64,000 nucleotides of DNA from the human T2T-CHM13v2.0 reference genome, Homo sapiens. Made by a program: the position numbers and the translations under genes. The stretch is from assembly GCF_009914755.1 (NCBI RefSeq), contig NC_060932.1. One strand, written 5' to 3'. Each line of letters starts with the position of its first letter. The stretch's first letter is position 1. The notes beneath the pieces were generated by a model. It saw only the letters and a list, made by a program, of their open reading frames with translations, had not been told where the DNA came from and ran no database searches. This document shows positions 28,811 through 43,234 of the stretch, piece after piece.

Positions 28811-30218
28811 GGGTCAATGATGTATGACTGGTTGACAGGGAGCCTTTTGAATATGCATATGTTACTCTGTAGCTCTGAGGACCCAGGCATGTGTTTCCGG
28901 GCATGGCTGTATTTCATAGGCAAGTGTAAATGTGTTTTTAAGTTACCAGTGGCTTTAGTCTTATCTTGACCCCTCCCCTGACCCATCAGCTAATCATGCC
29001 TTTAATTCAGTCTGGGTTGCGTTTTTAGTTCTTCCTCCCAGATTTGTAGTGCATTATATTCAGCAATGGTGAAGCGTCTTAGAACCATCCCTTGTTATAT
29101 CTGAACTTACTTCTTCCCCCCAAGTCAATTATAGCCTCTTTGCAGTTTTCCTGCTGTGCTCTTATCATAACTGAATGGTCTTGATTTTCTGAAATCCAGT
29201 AGTTAATGGGAGAGAATGAGCTACAGTAAAAATGAACAATAGCAATGCTACATATTTATCCTCTTTTCTCACCTGGAGGCCCCACACACATTTAAGCTGA
29301 TAGGATTAACTGGGAATACAGTGAATCTCTTTATCATTACAGAAAATCAGGCCCCTTGAGGGGTAATTATGGCACCTGCTTAGTTACATTAAAATCATGA
29401 CTTAAAAGATTTAGGTGGTAGTTAAGTAATATGCCAGAAGAGACAGAAAGTGAAGGGAGAAGTCAGAAGTTAAACATGCTCAAGAACTCAACTTGGCCCG
29501 GGCTTCAAGCACAGTGCCCTAATTTGTAGACTCCAGTGTTAGCCATACAGAATAAGCAACTGGGAGGTTGGAGAGCTTTTTAGCATCAGTTCAGGACCAG
29601 AGAGGAGAAGGTAGCCATCTTCTGAGGAATTACCTGGATAATCCTGCACAAATGTGGTAGGCTGACAGCTGGGACATGAAACAGCTGATGGCCACAGGGT
29701 TCAAAACACTCAGCCAAGCTCCTGAAAGTTCTGATTGGCCAGTGCTTTGTGGGGTTGACAGCGATTTTTCTCCCGGAGAGTTTAATTTTTCCCTAGCATA
29801 GACGTCCTCTGTGCTGTCCTTAGGGAAAAGAGCTGTTGTCAAAATCTCTGCTCAAGGAAGAATCTTGTAGATTTTATTATGCTATAAATTGTTGCATGTC
29901 ACCTCGAGAAAGAATTTATCTCGACTCTTTTGTAGGATAAGGGGATACAGGTGCATGATAACTCTTGTGGTGGGGGCTGAGAGAAAGCTGTGTAGCTAGG
30001 GATACCAAGGCCCCTGCTTCCCTAGGCCTGCTTTGGCAGATATCACAAAAATGTGACAAGGCTGCAAGCCCTGCTTTGAGCTGTGTAAACAGCAGAGCTG
30101 GAAAAGGGGCCAGTGGATCTACTCCGGTACCTGGGAGGGCAATGGAGACCACCAGTCCCCAGCATGGTAGAAGCCCACATTCACTGAGCACTTTCCAAGT
30201 GCCGATTACTGTGATCAG

Positions 30219-30618
30219 TTTCCTTTCCTTTCCGTTCCTTTCCCTCCCTCCCTCCCTCCCTTCCTCCCTCTCTCTCTTCCTTTCTTTCTTCTTTCCTTCT
30301 TTCCTTCTGTCTCTCATTTTCTCTTTCCTTCTTTCCTTCTTTCTCAGGATCTTGCTGTGTTGCCCAGGCATGCAGTGGCATGATCACAGCTTAGTGCAGC
30401 CTTGACCTGTAAGACTCAAGCGATCCTCCCCCATCAGCCTCCTGAGTAGTGGGGACTACGGGTGCACGACATTACACCTGAGTAATTTTTTGATTTTCTG
30501 TAGAGACAAGGTCTTGCTTTGTTACCCAGGCTTGTCTCCAACCACTGGGCTCAAGCAATCCTCTGGACTTGACCTTCCACAGTGCTGGGATTACAGGCGT
30601 GAGCCACCACTCCCAGCC
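30219..30618 (-). mobile_element. AluJ whose tail has become a ~125-nt pyrimidine-rich (TTCC/TC) tract, inside a MIR
   Basis: Alu body ~30343-30618; TSD-like gtgatcagtttc / gtgataacagtttc. Confidence 0.85.
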
Positions 30619-33018
30619 TGTGATAACAGTTTCTTACTACTACTACTACCACTGTCATCACTACTATTACCAACAAGTAAGTACCTAGACACATCATCTC
30701 ACATAATCCCCACAAGAAGCCCATGAGGTTCACAGGCTTACTGTACAGATAAGGAGAAGGTAGATTAGGGAATTATGTCACTTGGTCAAGGTCATGTGAT
30801 GTGATTACAGAGGAGCCGCTTTTAACCCCTCCTCTACATGCCTGATGTTTTCAGTGCTTGATGGTACTTCAGGCTCACAACAGCTCCATCCCCCTTCTTA
30901 AAGATAAGGAAATAAAATGGAGGCCTAGAGAGCTTAGGAGGTGTTTCCTACAGTGACGCCTCTGAAGTGATAACACTAAGATTCACGCCCAGGTCTACCT
31001 AATGCAGAGAACAGTGGCCTGGCTGGGGAAGACCTTTAGTTGTTGGAGAGTTGTTAATCTTCAAGGCAACAATAAACACTGGCTGAAGACTGTTTGATTC
31101 AGACCCTGATATAGGATCTTGCCTGGTGCCACCTCAGACTGGAGCTAACATCAACCCAAACCCTGGATGCAGTTATGCAGACAGGACTCTCATACCTTAA
31201 GCCAAAGTACAAATTCAGACAACATAATTGAATGACAAAATGCATGGCTGAGGCAACAATGGGTGGTCAGGAGGGGCAGAAAAAAATCAACGTGAGTCAG
31301 TGGTTGGGGAAGGTTTCCTGGAGAAATAGGATTTGAGATGCATAGAAAATATGGGTGATATTTGAGGAAGCAAAGGATTATTTAATATGCATCTTTTTCT
31401 CCATTACCTGCAAATGTTTGCAAGGTGCTAAACATGATGGGGGAGGCTAAAGAAATAGGAAATTCATTTTCTAGTTGTAAATGGCTGGTAGTGTAGTCAG
31501 TGAAATAGGACCTACAGGAGATGGTGATGACAAATACTAGCCAGTATCCAGTTAATGGCTAAGTTAGGTTCTATTCTCTCTGAGTACAGCGGAGTTTCAG
31601 AGGTCAGTAAGGGGTAGGGTGGTCAGGAAGGGCTTCCTGCAGGAGGAACGACTTGAGACATGCCTTGGAAGATGCAACAGTGACATGGAGGATATACAGT
31701 CAGTAAATTCACAGAACAGGGAGAGAACGTGGGTGCTCACGGGCTGGTGAGCAGTGGAGCCATCAGGGATGGTGGCAAACCTCAGAGACATCTTCCATAT
31801 TTGGGGGCTGGGGTAAACTAAGTCCCTTAAAGCTACCCAAATAATTTGGAATTAAGGTTGCTATCCTATCAGTTAAACTATAAAACATGCATAGGGTGGA
31901 TAAAAGCAAGAGAGGCCAAATCATCGAATGGGAAATGCCTCCAGCCTTACAAAAAATTAGAAGTGTCATTTCTCCATCTCTAAAGAAAGAATATGGCCAT
32001 CAGAAAAAGAGATAGTCAGCTCCCAAACTAGGAACCTCATGGGGTGAACATTGACTATGCTCATCTCAGCACTATCCAGGAAGAATGGATCCCAACCTAG
32101 TTGTCCATTCCGAGTGGCTGGTCTATGTCTTGCTTCTAATCATACCAGCCTCTGTGAGCACCACTAAGGTGGGTTCTTCCCTGATAGAGGCCTCTATTCC
32201 CCTCACAAATGAGGTGGCTAAACCTCCAAAACTGATGTTCAGGCCCAGGCTGTGGCAAAACCACCCAATACAGCCACTCCATGGACATGTGTTTGTCAGC
32301 CGCTGGCTTCCCCCTGGGCTGTTGCACGTCCCTCACTGGTTATGCACTGCATACTCTGGGGGTCATCACCTAGCACCCCCTGCACAAATGCACTGGCAAC
32401 CTATGCAGCCTCTTCACTGAGTTCCCATTTAAGCATCAATGAATATATTCCAAAGGTCCTCAGCCATTCCAAGTGCTAGGGAGCAAGGAGAGTTAAATCA
32501 GGGTCTACTTTTGGCCCCTCCTGGGCTCCAGCAGCTGCAAGAGTGTAGCCCCTGGCCTCAGGAACCACACATAGAGGGGGAGTGATTCCCCTTCACTACC
32601 ATCATGGGGCGGCATAGTTGGCATTCCCACGCTATCTTTCACACAGCTCCAGGTTCTGGCAGCTATCAGAATATCATCAGCCTCCCCAGCCTAGCACACG
32701 AAATGGCCAAGATTGTGGAACCAGCTACCGGAGATAATTTAAAACTCCAGGCTGTGGTTTTTCTGACCCAACATTGACCTGATTTTGAAGACAGTCTTAT
32801 TTCCTTGGTGGTGAGTTTCATGCCAGAAAATTCTTCTGTTTTGTAAATAAGTGGCCAATCCTCCTGGGCAGATGGGGGCTCCTAGTGTCAAGGCTTGAGG
32901 CACAGCCCCAGAAATCTTGAATGGAAATGAGGACAGGCACCTGACTAAGAGCAAGTGAGTACTGAGAGCTCTGGGGTTTCTGCAGAAGATGAGGTTCCGT
33001 GAAATCTCTCTCTCCAGG

Positions 33019-33380
33019 TAATATGGTTTGGTTTTGTCCCTACCCAAATCTCATCTTGAATTATAGCTCCCATAATTCCCTCATGTTATGGGAGGGACCC
33101 AGTGGGAGATAATTGAATCATGGGGGCAGTTTCCCCCATACTGCTCTCGTGATGGTGAATCAGTCTCACGATATCTGACGGTTTCATAAGAGGAAACCCC
33201 TTTCTCTTGGCTCTCACTCTTCTCTTGTCTGCCGCCATGTGAGACCTTCCTTTCACTTTCCGCCATAATTGTGAGGCCTCCCCAGCCATGTGGAATCGTG
33301 AGTCCATTAAACCTCTTTCTTTTGTAAATTGCCCAGTCTTTGGTATGCCTTTATCAGCAGTGTGAAAATGGACTAATATA
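33019..33380 (+). mobile_element. THE1B solo LTR (ERVL-MaLR)
   Basis: taatatggtttgg...ggactaatata termini; 5-bp TSD ccagg at 33014-33018 and 33381-33385; ATTAAA at 33306-33311. Confidence 0.9.
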
Positions 33381-36300
33381 CCAGGTGAGTCCATGGCAGC
33401 CTCATTAGTGATGTTTTCTCTCAGTGGAAGGAAGCCAGGTGCCCTCCCAGGCTGGACAGTCCAGCTTGACACAGTAGGGGTCCAAGATCTCTAGAGGAAG
33501 AGAGCAGAGGTTGGGAAATTTCAAACAGGGAGGAAAGTGTGTGTGTGTGCGCATGTTGGAGGATACTTAGAATAAAGAGGGGTGAAGGGTTTCCTCTGAA
33601 TATTGAAGTTGTTTTGGATTTAGGAAGTTCACACATAACACCAATTTTCTCCACCTGAATTCCCAATCCAGAGAGAGGAAGGTGCAGGCGGTCCACTGTT
33701 GGAGATCAGCAGGTCAGCTGTGTTACTAACACGCTGGTGAGCAGGTGTGGTCTTATACCTGCAGCCTAAGCATTGTGCCAGCACTTTATCCCTATGGACC
33801 CTCCCAGTTCCAGGTGAGGCCAGAGCTTACCAGGCCTTCCCCACAGAGCTGGGTCCCTCTGCAAGGATGGAGGCACCAGGATGGATCGGTGTTGCCTGCA
33901 GACAGATCTGGAGCAAGAATGAACGAAGAAAAGCTGTGTCACCCAGGCCCAGATTCTTCTCCCAGTCACCATCCTGATGACTTTCTCTCTCCTGAGAGTG
34001 TGGGGGTGAATGGAGGCTAAGGTAGGGGAAAGTACGTTAAAAGAGGTTCCTCCTCATGGAAGCACACACCCATGGGGAAGAAGTTCTCCTAACCCTTAAG
34101 AAGTTCTATGCCAACATGAAGGAACAACTAGAATCTATATTGCACTATAAGGTTTTCCTCATTTGTGATTGATGTAAACTGACGAGAAATCAGGTGTCTC
34201 TATGAATATCCCATAGACTTCCAAGATGTGCACAGGTATTGCTGTTGCAAGGCTTAGTTTACGGACCCAGAGAGGCTTATATGTCACAGTGATGATGTAT
34301 GAGAATGGGGTCAGAAGAGGAGATGTGCCTATAGGTCAAGAGGGCACCCCCAAAAACTCCCTGGGCTTCTTACATTCCCCGAGTTTTTGACGTACTTCTG
34401 TCCAGATAGAAATGCAAGTGCCTTGAGAGGAGGGCACGTGTATGATCTTTCTCAGAATTGGCCCTGTTCATCTTCGGTGTGGCTCAGCAATGGTTCCATG
34501 ATTTTTTTCTCCATCCACATGGGACTGAAAACTGGCAGATCTAGATATTAACTTGGATTGTTCCTATCAACTCTGACCTTGACGGCTATTGCAACCATTA
34601 AATGCACAGTTGGAAGGTCACCTTGTCCAATCTCCTACCCCTGAAAAATTCCCTCAACAATCCCTTTAGATAGTAACTTACATAGCTTCTGTCCTCCACA
34701 AACTCCTTTAGTAACTGCCCTACTGAATCCTGAATTTTTTTGAGACCATCATCTCAATTAGCTAGATGCTTTGTGGCAGGATTATGTTTAATTTAATCTT
34801 AAGCTTCACTGGTGCCTTACTCATTCTTTTAAAATGCCTGTGATATTAAAAAAATCTTTCTAAAGTATGTGAGCTCTATATGTGTATTAAAAGAAGTTTA
34901 GGCTCTCCCTGCTGAGAATGGCAGTCGGATTAATCTGAGATGGGACTAGGCTAATGAGATGAGGTTGAATATTCAGATGATGGTGGGGGTTGCAGCCGGA
35001 AGCCAGATCCAGAACATGGAAGAACAGGTCCAGCTTGCTAAGCCATGGGAAAGAAGAGAAGATGTCAGAGTTGGCAGTGATTTTGCTTATGGCTCAGGGT
35101 CAAAAATAGAAGACAGTCAGGGGCCAATAGAGAACAGAGATGTTTCAAGCACCAACTGACCCCTCTTCATGTACAGGGGTTGCAGGGTGGTTGTTAGTCT
35201 CTAACCTCTACCTCCCTTCAAGATCCTGGCATCCTGCTATATTAGCAGGGGAACCTGGACACAGCCAAAGGCCTTGCAACACCTAACACAATAATTCTGA
35301 ACATTACAATTCTTACGCAAAAAGCCCTTATGTATATTTCAGATATTATTCTGCAAAGTACTTCTATGTGCATAAAAATGGAAGTAAGATATTAAATGGA
35401 GTGCACTACGTCATTTAATATACATGGAAGGGAATATAAGGTTATTGGCAACCAAGTTAGGGAGAGTTTAGTGCAATCATATTTAATCTTATTTTCTGCC
35501 CATGTTATGATGACATATACAAAGACTGGGAAGCTCTTTTTGCAAGTCTTTACCCAGATCTAGAAAATGCTACTCTCCCTGATTAATGAGATGAGTTTGG
35601 TCTTGCCTCTTGGTGTGACATTGGAGGGTACCCAGGCAACAGAAGTGAACGTGACTTTAGGAAATGATGTTCTCTCTAAGTCTTGTTTACTTCTGAACCC
35701 CGGCGGCTTCAGCATCAACCAGAGTAGAATAAACATACATGTAGATATTCTATCTCTGAATTGCATTGTAGCCAGTATTACCATCTCTTGTTCTTTGCCC
35801 TTTAATATAGTTGAAATGTCCCAGTATGAGCTAGAAGAAAAGTCTGTGTTTCTCAATGAAATCCAATTGCATGGACATTACCAGGTTCATAAATCTTCCA
35901 AATTTAGTCCTCTGGAATTTTCCCAGATTGAAATCAAATACTCACACTCCTACCTGGCTCTCAAGTTCCAAATCAGCAGTATCTCTCATTGCACACAGCC
36001 TGTATGTGACACTTTTGCGGGAGGTTATCACAATATAAGGACTGTCTGAGTACTCAGAGCTTATCTAATCAGGTTTTCTTGACACTTGTTTTATTGTGCT
36101 CAGTACTCACAGGCTGATCAAGTGACTGGACTGTTTAGTGAGCTGTAAGGAAGGAGAGCTTCCTTGCAAATGCCTGTCCTTGTTTTAAACCCATTCTCCC
36201 ACAAGTTAGAGGAGTCTTGCCTCATCCAGCCTGACTGATCACTACCTTGGAAACCTGGGCCTTAGTCTTATCTCTCTAGTTTTAGAAACTATTCCTGAAT

Positions 36301-36547
36301 GGGATAGGTTTTTGGATAAGATGATTCTTAAGGTCCCTTTGTAGACACTAAAATATAATTGCTGCAGCATCTAGCACAATTCCTTCCTGCTCCTTATCAC
36401 CAAAATAAGTATTTAATTATGGAATAAATGAATGAGTGAGTGAGTGAATAAATGAATAAATAGAATCATCAGGTAACTCTGAGGACATCAAGTCCTCTTC
36501 CCAGTTCTGTCCTGGTAAGCCATTTTGCTTTGGATAAAAACTCTTGC

Positions 36548-36575
36548 AAAAAAAAAAAAAAAAAAAAAAAAAAAA
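36548..36575 (+). repeat. Orphan A28 tract
   Basis: Pure poly(A) with no adjacent Alu or L1 body. Confidence 0.9.
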
Positions 36576-36872
36576 GACTCCTGGTGCCAGATATGCTCTT
36601 TGATATGCCAGAGCTCCAGTGGTAGGAAGCCAACCTTATATACTCTTGGGTTTCTTGCCACATGGAGATGTAACTGACATCCTTCAAAACAATGGGGTTA
36701 CCACTTCACACTCATTAGGATGGCTGTTATCAAAAATGGAAATGGACAAGTGTTCATGAGAATGTGGATACGTTGGAACTATTACGATTGTTGGTGGGAA
36801 TGCAAAATGGTGCAGTTGCTATGAAAAACAGTGTTGCTTCCTCAAAAAGTTACACATAGAATCCAGCAATAA

Positions 36873-38963
36873 CCAGGAAAGGACATAACCAAAAAAGAAA
36901 ACTACAGACCATTATCCCTGATGAACATAGATGCAGAAACTCTTAACTAAATGCTAGCTAACCAAATCCAACAACATATCAAAAAGATAACCCACCATGA
37001 TCAAGTGGGTTTCATACCAAGGATGCAGGGATGGTTTAACATACACAAGTCAATAAATGTGAGACACCACATAAACAGAATTAAGAACAAAAGTCACATG
37101 TTCATCTCAACAGATGCAGAAAAAGCATTTGACAAAATCCAACAACACTTTATGATTAAAACTCTCAGCAAAATCAGCATAGAAGGGACATACCTCAATG
37201 TACTAAAAGCCATCCATGACAAACCCACAGCCAACATAATACTGAACAGGGAAAAGTTGAAAACATTCCCTCTGAGAACTGGAACATGACAAGGATGCCC
37301 ACTCTCACCATTTCTATTCACCATAGTACTGGAAGTCCTACCCATAGCAATCAGACAAGAGAAAGAAATAAAGGGCGTCCATGTTGATAAAGAGGAAGTC
37401 AAACTGTTGCTATTTGCTGATGATATGATTGTATATCTAGAAAATCCCAAAGACTGCTCCAAAAGCTCCTAGAACTGATAAAAGAATTCAGCAAAGTTTC
37501 AGGATACAAAATTAATGTACACAAATCAGTAGCTCTCCATACACCAACAGCGACCAAGCTGAGAATAAAACCAAGAACTCAACTCCTTTTATAATAACTG
37601 CCAAACAATACAATACTTAGGAATGTACCTAAGCAAGGAAGTGAAAGACCTCTACAAGGAAAACTATAAAACACTGCTGAAAGAAATGATAAATGACACA
37701 AACAAATGGAAACACATCCCATACTCATGGATGGGTAGAATCAATATTGTGAAAATGACCATACTGCCAAAATCAATCTACAAATTCAACGCAATTCCCA
37801 TCAAAATACCACAATCATTCTTCACAGAACTAGAAAAACAATCCTAAAATTCATATGGAACCAAAAAAGAGCCCACATAGCCAAAAATAAAAGACTAAGC
37901 AAAAAGAACAAATCTAGAGGCATCACATTGCCTGATTTCAAATTATATTATAAGGCTATAGTCACCAAAACAGTATGGTACTGGCATAAAAATAGGCACA
38001 TAGACCAATGGAACAGAATAGAGAACCCAGAAGTAAACCCAAATACTTACAGCCAACTGATCTTCAACAAGGAAAACAAAAAAACTATGTGGGGAAAGAC
38101 ACCCTTTTCAACAAATGGTGCCGGGATAATTGGCAAGCCACATGTAGGAGAATGAAACTGGATCCTCATCTCTCACCTTAGACAAAAATCAATTCAAGAT
38201 CGATCAAGGACTGAAATCTAAGACCTGAAACTATAAAAATTCTAGAGGATAACATTGGAAAAACTCTTCTAGACATTGGCTTAAGCAAGGATTTCATGAC
38301 CAAGGACCCAAAAGCAAATGCAATAAAAACAAAGATAAATAGCTGGGACTTAATTAAACTAAAGAGCTTTTGCATGGCAAAAGGAACAGTCAGCAGAGTA
38401 GACAACCCACAGAGTGGCAGAAAATCTTCACAATCTATACATCTGACAAAGGACTAATGTCCAGCATCTACAATGAACTCAAACAAATTAGCAAGAAAAA
38501 AAATAATCTCACCAAAAAGAGGGCTAAGTACATAAATAGTTCTCAAAAGAAGATAAACAAATGGCCAACAAACATGAAAAAATGCTCAACATCACTAATG
38601 ATCAGGGAAATGCAAATCAAAACCACAATGTGATACCACTTTACTCCTTCAAGAATGGCCATAATAAAAAAATAATAGATGTTGGCATGGATGCGGTGAA
38701 AAGGGAACACTTCTACACTGCTGGTGGGAATGTAAACAAGTACAATCACTGTGGAAAACAGTGTGGAGATTTTTTAAAGAACTAAAAGTAGAACTGCCAT
38801 TTGATCCAGCAATCCCACTACTGGGTATCTATCCAGCGGGAAAAAAGTCATTATACGAAAAAGACCCCTGTACATGCCTCTTTATAGCAACACGATTCAC
38901 AATTGCAACAATATGGAACCAGCCCAAATGTCCATCAGTCAATGAGTGGATAAAGGAATTGTG

Positions 38964-39010
<47 letters not shown>

Positions 39011-39379
39011 CTCACTACTTAGCCACAAAAATGAATGAATTAATGGCATTCACAGCAACCTGAATGGCATTGGAGACTATTATTCTAAGTGAAATACCTC
39101 AGGAATGGAAAACCAAACATCGTATACTCTCACTCGTAAGCGGGAGTTAGACTCTGAGGATGCAAAGGCATAAGAATGACACAATGGACTTTGGGTACTT
39201 GGGAAGAAAGCTTGGGAAGGAAGTGAGGTATAAAAGACTACAAAATTGGTTTAGTGTATACTGCTTGGGTGGTGGGTTCACCAAAATCTCACAAATCACC
39301 ACTAAAGAACTTACTCATGTAAGCAAATACCACCAGTTCCCCAAAAACCTATGGAAATAAAAAAGTTAAAAAAAAAAAA
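36873..39379 (+). mobile_element. 5'-truncated L1PB1-like LINE (degenerate ORF2 RT/C-terminus, 3' UTR, poly(A))
   Basis: ORF fragments [24 protein letters not shown]; [10 protein letters not shown] at ~37410-37440; 15-bp TSD agaatc(c/t)agcaataa at 36858-36872 and 39380-39394. Confidence 0.93.
38965..39006 (+). repeat. (TG)21 microsatellite within L1PB
   Basis: Perfect 42-bp TG run. Confidence 0.95.
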
Positions 39380-39449
39380 AGAATCTAGCAATAAACAATA
39401 AACATGTGATTCAGCAACTCCACTTCTAGGGATATTCCCAAAAGAATTA

Positions 39450-40103
<654 letters not shown>

Positions 40104-40401
40104 CTACAACATGCATAAATCTTGAAAATATTGTATTATGTGAAATAAACTAAACATAAAAGGACTAATATGTACTGTTTCACTCCACCAATGTGAGGTC
40201 CCTCACAGGCAAATTCTTAGAGACAGAAAGTATACCATAGGTTACCAGAGGTAGGGGAACAGGGGGATGGTGACTTATTGTTTCATGGGTACAGTCTCAA
40301 TTTGGGATGATGAAAAAGTACTGGAGAGGGATCATTGCAATGGTCGTATGACATTGTTAATGCAATTAATGCCTCTGGATGTACATTTAAGAATGGTTCC
40401 A

Positions 40402-40505
40402 GTTCTTACTTCAGCAGCACATATACTAAAATTGGAATGATACGGAGAAAATCAGCATGGCCCCTGTGCCAGGATGACATGCACATTCGTGAAGCATGCT
40501 ATATT
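40402..40505 (+). pseudogene. Near full-length U6 snRNA retropseudogene
   Basis: cttcagcagcacatatactaaaattggaatgatacggagaaaatcagcatggcccctgtgccaggatgacatgcacattcgtgaagc matches U6; the ACAGAGA box is mutated to ACGGAGA; followed by A13. Confidence 0.95.
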
Positions 40506-40521
40506 AAAAAAAAAAAAATTA

Positions 40522-40848
<327 letters not shown>

Positions 40849-40849
<1 letters not shown>

Positions 40850-41105
40850 AGAAAATCAAATACTGCAAGTTCTCACTTATAAGTAGGGACTAAACAATGG
40901 GTACAATGCGTACATGTGGACATACGGAGGGAAATTAGACACTAGGGACTCCAAGGAGAGGGAAGATGGAGGGAACTGAGGGTTGAAAAATGATCTACTC
41001 GGTACAGTCTTCATTATTCAAGTTGATGGGCAAACTAGAAGTCCAAATCTCACCATTACACAATATATCCATGCAACAAACCTACACACGTACACCCTGA
41101 ATCTA
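40849..41105 (+). mobile_element. L1 (L1PB/L1MA-type) 3' UTR fragment
   Basis: cagaaaatcaaatactgcaagttctcacttataagt...caatatatccatgcaacaaacctacacacgtacaccctgaatcta. Confidence 0.85.
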
Positions 41106-42609
41106 TTTTTACAAAATTTTTTTTCTGCACCCTTAAAAAAAAAGAATTCTGAGAAATGTCTTTATCGAAACTCTGAATAAAATACTCAGCACTAACATAT
41201 AAGTTGTATCCATTTTTAAGTATACAATCTAGGGCAGTTAAATACAATTTACAAATATAATTTAAAAAATGGTTATTGGGGTAAAATGTTGTTATGTATA
41301 TTTTAGCATAATAAAATAGTAAAACCAAACACAAAAGCAAATGCAATATTTGAGAGGCTGAAGATAGGAGACAAATATCAGGTAAGTAAATGATGCCTTA
41401 AAATTCTGCTAACTCCATTAGCCAGCATTTCATGTTGCTTTGTAGCTTCCAGGTGCCCTGGTATACCACTGTCTCTATCCTTAAAGCATCTCTCAGGCAT
41501 GGGATTATAAGCCTATTCACAAATGACTAAGTGAGGCTCAGAGATGTTGACTCACCCAGCGCCTTATCACTAGTCAGTAGCAGAGCTGTGACTTGAACAC
41601 ATTTCTCTACACTCAAAATACTGTGCTTTTTCAGTTTCTGCACAGTCACCTTCCTACAGTGGTTACCATGCAGATTGCAGAAATGAAGCTCATTCCTAGT
41701 ACCAGAGAGAAAGGCTAGTGAGCCGGCGATGTGTGCTGGCCCCAAGGACAAGACAGCCTGCACCCCACACCTGGCCTTACTCTCACCCTCCCCTTCCTGG
41801 GGAGGGTGATAAAGTCTACAGTTGGGTTGACAGCATGAAATGCATTCCCTTCAAAAATACATCTTGACCATAAAATAAACAGAACCCCCACCACTCCCCG
41901 CTTAAAGCTTTATGTATTCAGGGATCTTTTTAAGGCATTGACCTCAAATTTTAATCTTCTGCATGTTCAAAACCAGTACTTCTCTCACAGCCCCATGGCA
42001 CTCTCTCAAGAAAACTTTTCCATAGTTTCACATTTGAAGCCAGCATCCTTGGCATGAAACTGCTATTTGCAAGTATGACGAGGAGTCTTCCCCACCTGGT
42101 GAAATTCATTCATATAATTTTCACTTTGTATGTGAGGTTAATCTCTTCAGGGCCCCATTTAGCACAGAGATAACCATATATCTCCCAATTTTATGGTTGC
42201 AGAAGTCACTACATCAAACCATCCACCGGCTTTTTCTGAGCAAAGTCATGCATCTGTGTAATTAATCTAGACTCCTCTGCCTAAACCAAGCAAGTGCAGC
42301 TCTGCCTGTTGCAATCCATGGCAGCTTGAAAGACGGCAGGGAAGGCCCTTCAATTCTGATTTTCAACCCCAAGGCATCCACTCATGGATTTCCCATTTTT
42401 CTTGGCATTCCTGCAGTGTGCTGTTAATTAAACTCCCCGAATTGTTATTTCCAGGCAGTGACTGCCTTGAGATGCCAAGAGTGGGTTAAGCAGACTCCAC
42501 CTACTGACCATGTGCCCTGGATTTGCAGAATGCTTCTCTGGAACAGCAAATGTTGGGTTTCCAGGCCGGGCAGTGTTCTCACCCAAACACTGCCCACTGA
42601 AGCTGAGGA

Positions 42610-42870
42610 GAGGCAGTGGAGCCTTGTGGTTAGGAACACGGGCTCTAAACCAGACCACTGGGGTTTCAATCCTAACTCCACCACAAGCAAGTTCTGTGAC
42701 ACTGAGAAAGCCTCTTAACTTCTCAATACCTGGTTTCCTCATCTAAAAAATGGAGATAATAATAGCATACTCACCCTGTAAGTAGTTGGGATTAAATAGA
42801 TTCTAATATGCAAAGTCCTAAAAATAGTGCTGGAAGTTGGGTAAGAGCTCAGTATAGGTTAATTACTACC
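42610..42870 (+). mobile_element. MIR SINE (near full length)
   Basis: ggcagtggagccttgtggttaggaacacgggctcta...tttcctcatctaaaaaatggagataataatag...gtaagagctcagta. Confidence 0.85.
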
Positions 42871-43234
42871 ACTCTTAGTATTACTAATATATATCTTGAT
42901 TTACAGAGTAATTCACTAAAATGCAAACCCTCAGACATTCCCTGGCAGTGCTTGTCAAAATCCACGGCTTTAATACTCAAAAGCAATTATGTTGAGTGAC
43001 ATCCCTTGGCCTTCCCCAAATCCTCTTAAATCTTTAGAGACTGCAGCAACTTGGAGGTTAAAGATTACAAATCTCCAGTTGTCAAAGTTTTGAGTCATTT
43101 ACCTCCACACTTGTCATTTGAAGATGACTTTATAATTTACAGAAGACTTTCTCTGATGACTCTACCCTGGCAAAGCTCTAGCCTCGTGCCATATTGATTC
43201 ATCTCTAAGGTCTCATGAATTCTGGTGCTCTCTC

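Noticed and set aside
31990-32735. GC-balanced segment with overlapping ORFs
   Set aside because: No recognisable protein; may be an old repeat that I cannot assign
35567-36049. 160-aa ORF
   Set aside because: No recognisable family, splice context or promoter; length compatible with chance
36951-39360. ORFs with RT-like peptides as a functional gene
   Set aside because: Fragments of a 5'-truncated, frameshifted L1 ORF2
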